Translations under genes and position numbers: made by a program
DNA from: Parachlamydiales bacterium
Lineage (GTDB): Bacteria; Chlamydiota; Chlamydiia; Chlamydiales; SM23-39
Direction: 5' to 3'
NCBI GenBank assembly: GCA_050302075.1
Contig: JBNLAH010000006.1
Coordinates: forward strand, 139,589 to 203,588
Length of the DNA stretch: 64,000 nt
Notes under the pieces: generated by a model
Databases searched by the model: none
The model's input: only the letters and a program-made list of their open reading frames with translations
Told to the model about the DNA's origin: nothing
Shown: piece by piece, positions 48,520 to 57,255 of the stretch
How the letters are laid out: each line of letters starts with the position of its first letter
How positions within the stretch are numbered: position 1 is the stretch's first letter

Positions 48520-48918
48520 ATGAAGCCTATCACTGCATCAAAAGAGACCAACATTAAAAACTCTGTCATTTGGGGAAAATGGAAAAACTCTCAGCCTTGG
48601 AATAACTGGGGTCAATCAAACTCCACGCTATCTGAGGGCCAAAAAGGACACATTAACTCTAATGATAAAAAAGCTATCCCCTATGAAATTCTCGAAGTAA
48701 AAGAAAATGAGAGTTTCACTATTGCCTGGAAAGCGTTATTTATTAAATTAATTTTCACCTATTCTGTAAAAGATCTCCAGGGTTCATCTTTGATCACTTA
48801 TAGCGTAAGACTTAAGGGATTTTTCTCTATTCCTGTTTATTATTTAATACGAAACAAAATAAGAAAAAACCTCACAGATGGTATAAACTCTCTTATAAAT
48901 CAAATAAGAAACAGATAG
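48520..48918 (+). CDS. SRPBCC/START-like small protein
   Basis: IWGKW..WNNW near the N-terminus and a C-terminal helix; resemblance only. Confidence 0.5.
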   Translation: MKPITASKETNIKNSVIWGKWKNSQPWNNWGQSNSTLSEGQKGHINSNDKKAIPYEILEVKENESFTIAWKALFIKLIFTYSVKDLQGSSLITYSVRLKGFFSIPVYYLIRNKIRKNLTDGINSLINQIRNR

Positions 48919-48949
48919 TTTTGTCGCATTTAGAAAGTATGTGGAATAT

Positions 48950-49023
48950 TGCACCGAAGAGGACTCGAACCTCTAACCACTTGGTCCGAAGCCAAGTACT
49001 CTATCCAATTGAGCTATCGGTGC
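48950..49023 (-). tRNA. tRNA-Arg(TCG)
   Basis: GCACCGA/TCGGTGC acceptor stem, CTTGG-CT-TCG-GA-CCAAG anticodon arm, GGTTCGAGTCC. Confidence 0.96.
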
Positions 49024-49070
49024 TGGTTTTGAAAATGAAATATTAGCATTAGAAAATAAAAAAAACAAGT

Positions 49071-49742
49071 ATGGCTCTTAGCAAAGCAGAAGGGATCACA
49101 CTATTTTCCTATCCCCTAAAAGAAAAAAGTAAAATTATAAAGGTATATACTCTCGAAAAAGGACTTCTTTCATTTGTAACAAATTATATAAGTCGAAAAA
49201 ATCTAACAATGATTTCTTTTTGCTCTCCTTGCACTTACTCGGAAATAATTTACATAGACAAGAATAAAGACCTCTTGACAGTCAAAGAAATTACTATAAA
49301 AAACTTATATTTGCCACTTAGGGATTCTTTTGAAAAACTCGAGGCTGCAATTTGTATTGCAAAGTCAACACTTACATCTCAACAAGAAAATAAGCCCAAT
49401 GATACACTCTTCAACCTTATTGAAAGGTACCTCACAAAAATATCAAGCGCCAAGAACCCCATTGCCTATACCTGTAGCTTTCAACTAAAACTTCTCATAT
49501 TAGAAGGGTTATTAGACTTATCTTTTAAGTGCAGCGTCTGCGAAAGCCCCTCTAAAATCATTTCTAGAGGCGAGTGTTTTTGCCCTAAACATTCTTATGA
49601 TGGAATAGCATTTGAGGAGAGAGAACTAAAAGAACTTTTTCAATTATCTACAGCAAAAAGATTCTCAGATATAGATAAAGCTCAAGTAGGTAAAAATCTA
49701 AAACAAAAGATCCAGGACCTGTTTTTACAGATTTTCAATTAA
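49071..49742 (+). CDS. recO: DNA repair protein RecO
   Basis: EGITL..EKSKIIKVYT..GL OB-fold start, FQLKLL and CSVC...CFCPKH zinc finger. Confidence 0.85.
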   Translation: MALSKAEGITLFSYPLKEKSKIIKVYTLEKGLLSFVTNYISRKNLTMISFCSPCTYSEIIYIDKNKDLLTVKEITIKNLYLPLRDSFEKLEAAICIAKSTLTSQQENKPNDTLFNLIERYLTKISSAKNPIAYTCSFQLKLLILEGLLDLSFKCSVCESPSKIISRGECFCPKHSYDGIAFEERELKELFQLSTAKRFSDIDKAQVGKNLKQKIQDLFLQIFN

Positions 49743-50560
49743 AACCGATAGCCGAAAATTAGCTTTGCGCCCCAATAAGAGTATACTTGCTCAGGTAACA
49801 TGGTGAAATCATCACAAATACTTGATCTTTTAGTCCTGCCGTCTTTATCTCTCCTCCAAAATGGGACTAAATTAATCTCCCACTGTCTTTCACACCCAAA
49901 CAAAAAGACTAAGGGAAGTTCGACTCTAAAATTCTGTTTATGTTTTAGTTCCATTCGAAGCTGTTTAAAGTTAGATGACTCGACTGTAGGATCGATATCT
50001 GGTACCCACGTAAAGTCAAACCTAAAATAAAAACAATCCGTTACTCTTAGATCTAAAAGTAGGCCGACTGGAATATAGTATTTATAATAATTAAGTTTAA
50101 ATGTTGTTGGCTGAAAGCCGTTTAAAAATTGATTTTTAAAAGTGAACCCAAAGCCGCTATAAAAACTAACCACAACATTTGGACCTTGCAATGCCTTATA
50201 GTTAAAACCAAGTCTTGTTTGAACGTCCCATTCATGTATGTAACGGCTTACTTGGGAGTTTTTGAGCTTTCCTTGACCATAAAACCCTCTGAGTGCTGCA
50301 TATAAATGTCGAATTCTTTTAAATTCATACCCAGCTTCAAAGCCCCCCATTGCACCATCTATGGGTTCTGAATGAAGTGAGCTACCTTCTTGAGGTTGAT
50401 GTACACTTAATCTCTGATAGTAGGCATTAGCTCCAATATAAATGCGGTTTTTTTGACATACACAAGGACATGCACCGCAACATGGGTGGACAGTTTGTCC
50501 ATAAACATTAACAAATGATAAAAATAACAGGCTGATCAATAACTTCTTCATGATTTTCAA
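49739..50560 (-). CDS. Outer-membrane beta-barrel protein with Cys-rich N-terminus
   Basis: Signal peptide, alternating aromatic beta-strands and C-terminal GYRF. Confidence 0.75.
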   Translation of the reverse strand: MKIMKKLLISLLFLSFVNVYGQTVHPCCGACPCVCQKNRIYIGANAYYQRLSVHQPQEGSSLHSEPIDGAMGGFEAGYEFKRIRHLYAALRGFYGQGKLKNSQVSRYIHEWDVQTRLGFNYKALQGPNVVVSFYSGFGFTFKNQFLNGFQPTTFKLNYYKYYIPVGLLLDLRVTDCFYFRFDFTWVPDIDPTVESSNFKQLRMELKHKQNFRVELPLVFLFGCERQWEINLVPFWRRDKDGRTKRSSICDDFTMLPEQVYSYWGAKLIFGYRF

Positions 50561-50601
50561 TGTAGCGATTCAATCTTATTTGATCAAGCAATGTTAGAAG
50601 T

Positions 50602-50683
50602 TGCGAGAGAAGGGACTCGAACCCTCACAGATTGCTCCACCAACCCCTCAAGCTGGCGCGTCTACCAATTCCGCCACCCCCGC
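50602..50683 (-). tRNA. tRNA-Leu(GAG)
   Basis: GCGGGGG/CTCTCGC acceptor stem, CCAGC-TT-GAG-GG-GTTGG anticodon arm, GGTTCGAGTCC. Confidence 0.95.
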
Positions 50684-50756
50684 GAAAAAGTAAAAATAAT
50701 ACCAGCTAAGATCGTTATGATGCAAACTTTTTTAAGGTATGGCTATTTAGAAAAAA

Positions 50757-52325
50757 TCAATGAGATTGAAACCTTTGATTAATCTCTGTTTCGATTTCAG
50801 TCAGCTTTGATCCTAGCTCAGGATGTTCGTCTTTTAATTCTGTAATTGTTGTTTTTACTAAATTTAAATATTTATTATTTCCCATAGGGATCACCCGCTC
50901 TGACAACAATCCAGGAATTTTTTGAACTTCTCCTAGTCCTTCCTCATAAACAGTCTCTTTACTTCCCAAAATCGCAGTCTTAGCCTTATCTAATTTATCA
51001 AAATCAATTAGTCCAATTTTGCATTTTCCATTTTCCTTTATAATAAAAATGTTGTCCATTCTCACATCTTCAAACCCACTGATCAGTAAAAATTTAATCA
51101 ACTGTCTAAAAGCTTCGGCTGAAACTTTTCCAGTTTCTAAAGCTTCATATAGGGTTAATTTTCTCTCCCCACTTTTTTCAAATTTTAATTTTTCTTGGAC
51201 CAGTATCGGAAAATTAATAGACACACCTTTTTCGTTTTGTAGAGGATAATTAAAAGCACTTGTCTTAGGCAAAATGATAGAGTCTAGCTCTTCAATGTTT
51301 ATTATCTGCTGACATCTTTGTATATTTTCCATTCTACTTTTTACATCTATTAAAAGCCCTGAATTAATATCTTCATCTCTTTCTTGTTCACTTTTAGTTA
51401 CAGGTTTTCCTCTAGTGCCAAATATTGTATGACGACAAAGCTTGAAAATTAAATTAGGTTTGTCATCTATAACAAAGACTGACCCACCACCAATTTGCTT
51501 AGCGTCCAAGTAGTTTATAGGAGGATTTTTTGTCCATTCTTCGTGTTCTTTTCTTACTTTAAACATCTTCCAAAAAAAGATATAATCTTTGAATTTGTTA
51601 ATAGATCCCATAATATCTGCTAAACTTTGTCCATCAAAGGAAAACGCATTACTAACTGCCATTTTTTCTATGTTTCTAATTACCGGAAAGGAAGTAGCTC
51701 GAGGTGGTGATAGGCCGCTATCGTTTGCTGACACAGCTAAGGCAGCAGGAGCTTTTGGACCATCATCTTCAATATCAGAATCTATATATACAACTGCTGA
51801 ATCAGGTGAATTCTTTTCAGTACTACTTGTAGCTTTTGGATCTTCTTCTTTAGGCTTTACTAAACTCTCCGCAGATGAAGCATCTTTATTAGTTGATTTC
51901 TTAAAAGCCTTTAATCGAAGTTTGTTCAAAGCTAATGCAAAAACCAAAGCTGTTGATGCAAATATTAATTCATTGAAACCACTGCTTGAAGCAAGGGTAG
52001 ATAAGGCATTTTTAGTAAATTCTGGAAAATGAAAGGAAGAAGAGGTCGCGATGAGATATTTTTTCAAAACACTTGCTGCTGAAAAAGCTAACAGGGAACA
52101 CCCAATATATTTCTTCAAGCTATTTGATTTATCTACTACAACTTTCCTTCTAAAAGGCTTTTTTGCTATATTAGCCACATCAAGAATGAAAGCATAGATT
52201 AAGAAAACTACAGAGGCTACTTTTTTTATAATAGTATCTGAAGCTGGCTCTTTAAAAAATTTCTTAACATTCAAGAAGTGCTCATTTTCTTGATTTTTAT
52301 TTAAGCAATAAGATGGAAATAACAT
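50757..52325 (-). CDS. Dispersed family member with C-terminal protein-kinase-like domain
   Basis: N-terminus DTIIKKVASVVFLIYAFILDVANIAKKPFRR, two hydrophobic lobes, then GGGS..IFK, LVQEKL, DVRMDN and LIDFD. Confidence 0.7.
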   Translation of the reverse strand: MLFPSYCLNKNQENEHFLNVKKFFKEPASDTIIKKVASVVFLIYAFILDVANIAKKPFRRKVVVDKSNSLKKYIGCSLLAFSAASVLKKYLIATSSSFHFPEFTKNALSTLASSSGFNELIFASTALVFALALNKLRLKAFKKSTNKDASSAESLVKPKEEDPKATSSTEKNSPDSAVVYIDSDIEDDGPKAPAALAVSANDSGLSPPRATSFPVIRNIEKMAVSNAFSFDGQSLADIMGSINKFKDYIFFWKMFKVRKEHEEWTKNPPINYLDAKQIGGGSVFVIDDKPNLIFKLCRHTIFGTRGKPVTKSEQERDEDINSGLLIDVKSRMENIQRCQQIINIEELDSIILPKTSAFNYPLQNEKGVSINFPILVQEKLKFEKSGERKLTLYEALETGKVSAEAFRQLIKFLLISGFEDVRMDNIFIIKENGKCKIGLIDFDKLDKAKTAILGSKETVYEEGLGEVQKIPGLLSERVIPMGNNKYLNLVKTTITELKDEHPELGSKLTEIETEINQRFQSH

Positions 52326-52365
52326 AAAACCTTTATTTTTAATTAGTTAAAAAACCCTATTATTA

Positions 52366-52575
52366 ATGAATATTATAGCAATTAAATTAATAAATTTATA
52401 TCAAAAATATATTAGTCCATTATTACCTCAAAGGTGCCGTTTTTACCCAACTTGTTCGAGTTATTCCAAGCAGGCCTTTGAGAAATATGGATTTTTTAAA
52501 GGTTTTTTTTTAACGGTTAAAAGAATCGTTAAATGCCATCCCTTTCATAAAGGAGGATACGACCCATTAAAATGA
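52366..52575 (+). CDS. yidD: Membrane protein insertion efficiency factor YidD
   Basis: [28 protein letters not shown]. Confidence 0.95.
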   Translation: MNIIAIKLINLYQKYISPLLPQRCRFYPTCSSYSKQAFEKYGFFKGFFLTVKRIVKCHPFHKGGYDPLK

Positions 52576-53240
52576 CATTTCCACTTGTAATTAGTTTCTA
52601 TACTGAAAATACCGCTTATGAAAAAGAAGCAAAAGAGCTTATTAGATCTTGTAAAAAGATTGATTTAGCTTGTTTAGTAAAGCCCATCCCCTCTTTCGGG
52701 TCTTGGGAACTAAATTGTGGGTTTAAACCAATTTTTATTCTACATGCTCTAGAGAACTTAAAGAGGGATCTTTTTTGGACTGATGCGGATTCTGTTTTTG
52801 TAAAAAAACCAAATAATTTTCCACTGGACTGCGACTTTGCTGTGCGCATTGATGAGGACTTAGATTATGAAAGCCCTTCAAAGGTCATTTCAAATTCTAT
52901 TTTCATAAAATATTCTTCAAAAACAGTTAATTTATTAAAAATGTGGAAATCAGAGAACGAAAGAGCACTAAAAGCTAGAAGAGAAAATGAAGTTTGGGAT
53001 CAAATTTCTTTAAAAAAAGTTCTATTTAACAATAATCTTGATTTAAATTTCATGCCAATGCCGAAAGGTTTTTGTAAAATAGCTGATCTTCCAAAAGATA
53101 ATATCCCTAAAGATGAAATTTATATTATTCACTACCAAGCTTCAAGACTGTATAAAAAATGGATCAACAAAGAGCTTGCTGAATTTGATGAATTAAAGTC
53201 TTTAAATGAAAAAAGCTTGAAAAAAATCAGAGGTTTTTGA
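52572..53240 (+). CDS. Putative nucleotide-diphospho-sugar transferase (GT-A)
   Basis: KPIFIL, WTDADS (DxD), WDQ and HYQASR motifs. Confidence 0.75.
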   Translation: MTFPLVISFYTENTAYEKEAKELIRSCKKIDLACLVKPIPSFGSWELNCGFKPIFILHALENLKRDLFWTDADSVFVKKPNNFPLDCDFAVRIDEDLDYESPSKVISNSIFIKYSSKTVNLLKMWKSENERALKARRENEVWDQISLKKVLFNNNLDLNFMPMPKGFCKIADLPKDNIPKDEIYIIHYQASRLYKKWINKELAEFDELKSLNEKSLKKIRGF

Positions 53241-53321
53241 AAAAACTCTCACTTAGGCACTTTGCTATTTTTTATTATTAAGTTATATTAGTCCTCTAAT
53301 TTAAATAACCTGTTAAATCTT

Positions 53322-55718
53322 ATGAAAATATCTTTATCTTTTTTAAAAAAATTTATCCCAATTGATAGGCCTTTAAATGAAATAGCCGAAACCTTGACCA
53401 TGCTAGGCTTAGAAGTTGACGACATAGAAAATAAAGAGACCAAGTTAGATAAAATAGTAGTAGGTAAGATCAGCTCGATTGAAAAACATCCAGAGGCCGA
53501 AAAGCTTTTAATTACCAAAATCTTTGATGGGAAAAATGATTATCAAGTAGTTTGCGGGGACACTACTTTAAAACCAAACACCTTAGTTGCTTTTGCAAAA
53601 GTTGGGGCCAGTGTTTTTGATAAGCAATCAAATCCAATTAAAATTGAGGAAACAAAAATCAGAGGAGTCTCCTCTAGTGGAATGCTTGTTAGTGCAAAAG
53701 AAATGCAGCTGTTCGATGAATCAGATCAGGTTTTAAGACTTCCTGAAGAAGAGTTTAGTACTGGAGAAGACATCTCACAAAAACTTTTCGATCCTATATT
53801 TGAGATTTCTTTGACCCCCAATCTGGGGCACTGCATGAGTGCTATTGGAATTGCAAGAGAGCTCGCTGGAGCTTTAAATCTAAAAATATCAATCCCCAAA
53901 AAGGAAAAAGAAAAGAGAGTCCTTTCTTCGGACATTCAAGTTGAGATAGATGATAGTAATGCTTGCAGAAAGTATAGCGCTATAGCCTTAGACAATCTTG
54001 AGGTGAAAGAATCCCCTTTCTGGTTGAAAAAAGCCCTTATGGAATGCGGCATTAGATCAATTAACAATGTGGTTGATGTAACTAACTATGTAATGTTACT
54101 TTTTGGGCAACCTTTGCATGCTTTTGACCTGGATAAACTTAATGAAAACAAAATTACAGTAAGACCTCTTAAAGACAAAGAAAAGTTTTTTGCACTAAAT
54201 GAAAATGAGTATGAACTAGAGCCATCTACTCTAGTCATTCAAGACGCAAAAAAAACGCTTGCAGTAGCTGGAGTGATTGGATCTGAGGAAAGTTCTGTTA
54301 AGCCAAACACAAAAAGAGCGCTACTGGAAGCTGCTTTTTTCAGTCCTGAAGAGATTAGGAAAAGCTCCAGGTCTTTAGGGCTAAAGACAGAAAGCTCCCA
54401 ACGCTTTGAAAAAGGAATTGACTACGAGATGATTTCGTATGCTCTAAACTTTGCAGCCTCATTACTTTCTGATATAGCAAATGCAAAAGTATCTGAAGAA
54501 ATTACAAGAGAGCCTTCTAGTCTACCTTTAAAAGAGATCGTACTTCGAAAAAATAGAGTCAACTCGATAATTGGGCATTCATTTAGCTTAAATGAAATTG
54601 CAATCATTTTAAAACAATTAGATCTTACATCACATCCGATAGACCAAGAATCTATACAAGTTAAAATCCCCTCTTATAGAAATGACCTGAATGATGAAAT
54701 TGATTTAATCGAAGAAGTACTCAGGATTTATGGAATAAATAACATCGAAAGAAAAGCTCCTTTTTATACTAGTACAAAAATTAAGCACCCTAAGATGTTT
54801 AAATTTGAAAAAATATTGCGGAATGCCCTTACAGCAGAAAGCTTAACCGAGGTTATAAATTCTGATTTAATCAGCTTAAAAATGGCTACCATTTTTAAAG
54901 AAAAGGATCTACCTGACAACTCTTACATTCGCGTTAGACACTCAAAATCTGAAGAGCACTCTATTTTGAGGCCTTCTCTTTTATGCGCTATTTTACAAAA
55001 CATTAAGTACAACTTGGATCGAAAAAATACTAATCTGTCTTTTTTTGAAATGGGAAAAATTCACTTTAAAAAAGGCGATGCATTTTCAGAGCAACCTATG
55101 TGCGCAATTGCATTAAGTGGCAATAGACTCGACCACCATTTTTCAGAAGAGCAAAAAAGCATAAGTTTTTTTGATATAAAAGGAATTGTTGAGAACATAA
55201 CTAAAAAGCTAAATATTAAATCGATCACATTTACCTTATCTAAACATCCGAATTTTCACCCGACAAGACAAGCTAGCATTTTTATAGAAAATAATGAAGT
55301 TGGAGTTATTGGAGAATTAAATCCAGACCTTTTGTCTCAGTTAGATATCAAGCAAAGAGTCTATTATTCTGAGTTAAATACAGCTTTATTGTTGAAACAT
55401 CAATCTCCAAGTGCTAAATTTAAACCAATTCCAACATATCCCGGCTCAGACCGAGATTGGACGTTTACAATTAATAAAAACTATCTAATACAAGATATTT
55501 TCAATGCAATTGAAAACCAGAAGCCCTCAATTTTAGAAAAAGTTGATTTGATTTCAATTTTTGAAAGCGATCAAATTGGTCCAGATAAAAAAAACATAAC
55601 CCTTCGTTTTTATTATCGAGATTCCAAACAAACGCTTTCATATGAAGAAACAGAGGAAAAACATAATTTATTAAAAGCAAATGTAGCTTCTTGCTTGAAA
55701 ATTGCAGTGGATATTTAA
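53322..55718 (+). CDS. pheT: Phenylalanine--tRNA ligase beta subunit
   Basis: HPEAEKL, RGVSSSGML, NNVVDVTNY, RFEKG, IPSYRND, DLIEEV and LRPSLL motifs. Confidence 0.97.
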   Translation: MKISLSFLKKFIPIDRPLNEIAETLTMLGLEVDDIENKETKLDKIVVGKISSIEKHPEAEKLLITKIFDGKNDYQVVCGDTTLKPNTLVAFAKVGASVFDKQSNPIKIEETKIRGVSSSGMLVSAKEMQLFDESDQVLRLPEEEFSTGEDISQKLFDPIFEISLTPNLGHCMSAIGIARELAGALNLKISIPKKEKEKRVLSSDIQVEIDDSNACRKYSAIALDNLEVKESPFWLKKALMECGIRSINNVVDVTNYVMLLFGQPLHAFDLDKLNENKITVRPLKDKEKFFALNENEYELEPSTLVIQDAKKTLAVAGVIGSEESSVKPNTKRALLEAAFFSPEEIRKSSRSLGLKTESSQRFEKGIDYEMISYALNFAASLLSDIANAKVSEEITREPSSLPLKEIVLRKNRVNSIIGHSFSLNEIAIILKQLDLTSHPIDQESIQVKIPSYRNDLNDEIDLIEEVLRIYGINNIERKAPFYTSTKIKHPKMFKFEKILRNALTAESLTEVINSDLISLKMATIFKEKDLPDNSYIRVRHSKSEEHSILRPSLLCAILQNIKYNLDRKNTNLSFFEMGKIHFKKGDAFSEQPMCAIALSGNRLDHHFSEEQKSISFFDIKGIVENITKKLNIKSITFTLSKHPNFHPTRQASIFIENNEVGVIGELNPDLLSQLDIKQRVYYSELNTALLLKHQSPSAKFKPIPTYPGSDRDWTFTINKNYLIQDIFNAIENQKPSILEKVDLISIFESDQIGPDKKNITLRFYYRDSKQTLSYEETEEKHNLLKANVASCLKIAVDI

Positions 55719-55748
55719 TATGATCACTTCCACACATCGGAGGTTGCA

Positions 55749-56738
55749 GTGAAGAAAATAGTTAGTCGCTTATCAGTAGTCGGTCTTCTTTTTTTATTTG
55801 GGTGTAATGAAGGGACTGAAAGCAATGTTGTTTCTCAAAAGTATGTTCATAAATATGGATTTGATTTAACTGAAAGAGAATGGCAAGAAAGAAAACAAGA
55901 TGGACAAGTTGTTACCATTTTTAGAGATGGCACAAAAGTTGTTGAGAATTATTCCAATGGAATATTGCATGGCTCGACTACTACAACCTATCCTCATAGT
56001 GAAATAATAAAAAACGAAAAAATTTATGACCAAGGTGTGCTGCTAAAAGAGATTATGAGCGATGAGAAAGGCATACCAATGCGAGAAGAAGCATACGAGT
56101 TTGACAACCGTAGAACTATCACTCTTTGGTATGGAACTGGCTCTCCAATGAGCATCGAAGAGTATGATAAAAACAAACTGGTTGAAGCTAGCTATTTTAA
56201 TACAGCAAACGAGTTAGAAGCTTCTGTAGAAGATTATAGAGGTGTACGCATTAAACGAGACCGCTTTGGAAAAATCTTAAACGAAGATGAAATTCAAGAT
56301 GGTGTTGTGTCTATTAGAAAAACTTATCATCCAAATGGACAACTTCAATCTGAGACCCGTTTTAAAAATTATGACCTTCATGGGATACAGAAAAAATATA
56401 CAGTTAGTGGCAAACCGCTGATGGAACAGACATATAAAGATGGTCTTTTAGATGGCAACCAGATTCATTACAGAAATGGCAAAGTGGTCCTTGAGATTCC
56501 ATTTGCAATGGGAAAAAGACATGGCATTGAAAGACAGTTTGATTTAGATGGCTCAGTAATTGCAGAAATCCCATGGGTGAACGACGAGAAACACGGACGT
56601 ATGAGAATAAAATATGAAGATTATTCCAATTTAGAATGGTTTTTCAGAGGTAAGTCCGTTTCTAGGGAAGAGTTCGGTGATTTAGAATCAAGAGAAAAAG
56701 TTCTAGCTGAACTTTCTTTAGAAGATGACAATTTTTAA
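55749..56738 (+). CDS. MORN-variant repeat lipoprotein
   Basis: Lipobox LFGC; YVHKYG; repeated YHPNGQ/HG units. Confidence 0.8.
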   Translation: MKKIVSRLSVVGLLFLFGCNEGTESNVVSQKYVHKYGFDLTEREWQERKQDGQVVTIFRDGTKVVENYSNGILHGSTTTTYPHSEIIKNEKIYDQGVLLKEIMSDEKGIPMREEAYEFDNRRTITLWYGTGSPMSIEEYDKNKLVEASYFNTANELEASVEDYRGVRIKRDRFGKILNEDEIQDGVVSIRKTYHPNGQLQSETRFKNYDLHGIQKKYTVSGKPLMEQTYKDGLLDGNQIHYRNGKVVLEIPFAMGKRHGIERQFDLDGSVIAEIPWVNDEKHGRMRIKYEDYSNLEWFFRGKSVSREEFGDLESREKVLAELSLEDDNF

Positions 56739-56790
56739 GGAAAAAATACCTTCTACTTTAGCTTTTTATGTTAAAGTTAAAGACAACTTT

Positions 56791-56819
56791 AAAGGCAGCC
56801 AAAGAGGCTGCCTTTCTTT
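56791..56819 (+). terminator. Intrinsic terminator
   Basis: AAAGGCAGCC-AAAGA-GGCTGCCTTT followed by CTTT. Confidence 0.8.
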
Positions 56820-56976
56820 GCACTATTGAATCAGAGAAAAGCAATCCAATCATCATTGATAAAACATTAATCGGAAATGCTTGCAACTAAGATCTATTTC
56901 TTCTTCTTATCCCATGTCATAGAGTTATTAGAAAGAACCAGAGCATAGTATGATATTTTATCTATCCCAGGCTAGC

Positions 56977-56993
56977 TTGGCATGATTTTTGCA
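56977..56993 (+). promoter_or_regulatory. Sigma54 (-24/-12) promoter
   Basis: TTGGCATGATTTTTGCA fits TGGCAYR-N4-TTGCW with exact GG-N10-GC spacing, about 30 nt upstream of ATG 57025. Confidence 0.8.
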
Positions 56994-57024
56994 ACATATT
57001 AAGCAAAAGGCATGGGAGGATAAA

Positions 57025-57255
57025 ATGGACCAAAATAGGTTAAAAAGTAAGATTGCTAAACTCGAGACAATTAATGACCAGCTATCAGCTGAATTAAAAT
57101 ATTTAGACCAAATATCACGTAAGTTAGGCTTTAGCAATGGCTTAAAAACTTTAAAAGAAGCTGCAATAGAGCTTATTGAAATTGAAAAAAAGAAGAAAAA
57201 AAAAACTAATGCAAAAGATGATACAAATCGTCTGAGTCTAGACTTTGAGGAATAA
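57025..57255 (+). CDS. Small conserved chlamydial coiled-coil protein
   Basis: SD GGAGG then ATG 57025; IAKLETINDQL..EL..LGF.NGL.TLK.AA.EL; the track's TTG start at 56989 falls inside the promoter. Confidence 0.8.
   Translation: MDQNRLKSKIAKLETINDQLSAELKYLDQISRKLGFSNGLKTLKEAAIELIEIEKKKKKKTNAKDDTNRLSLDFEE

Noticed and set aside
50591..50782. 63-aa plus-strand ORF
   Set aside because: It is antisense to tRNA-Leu(GAG) and is spurious
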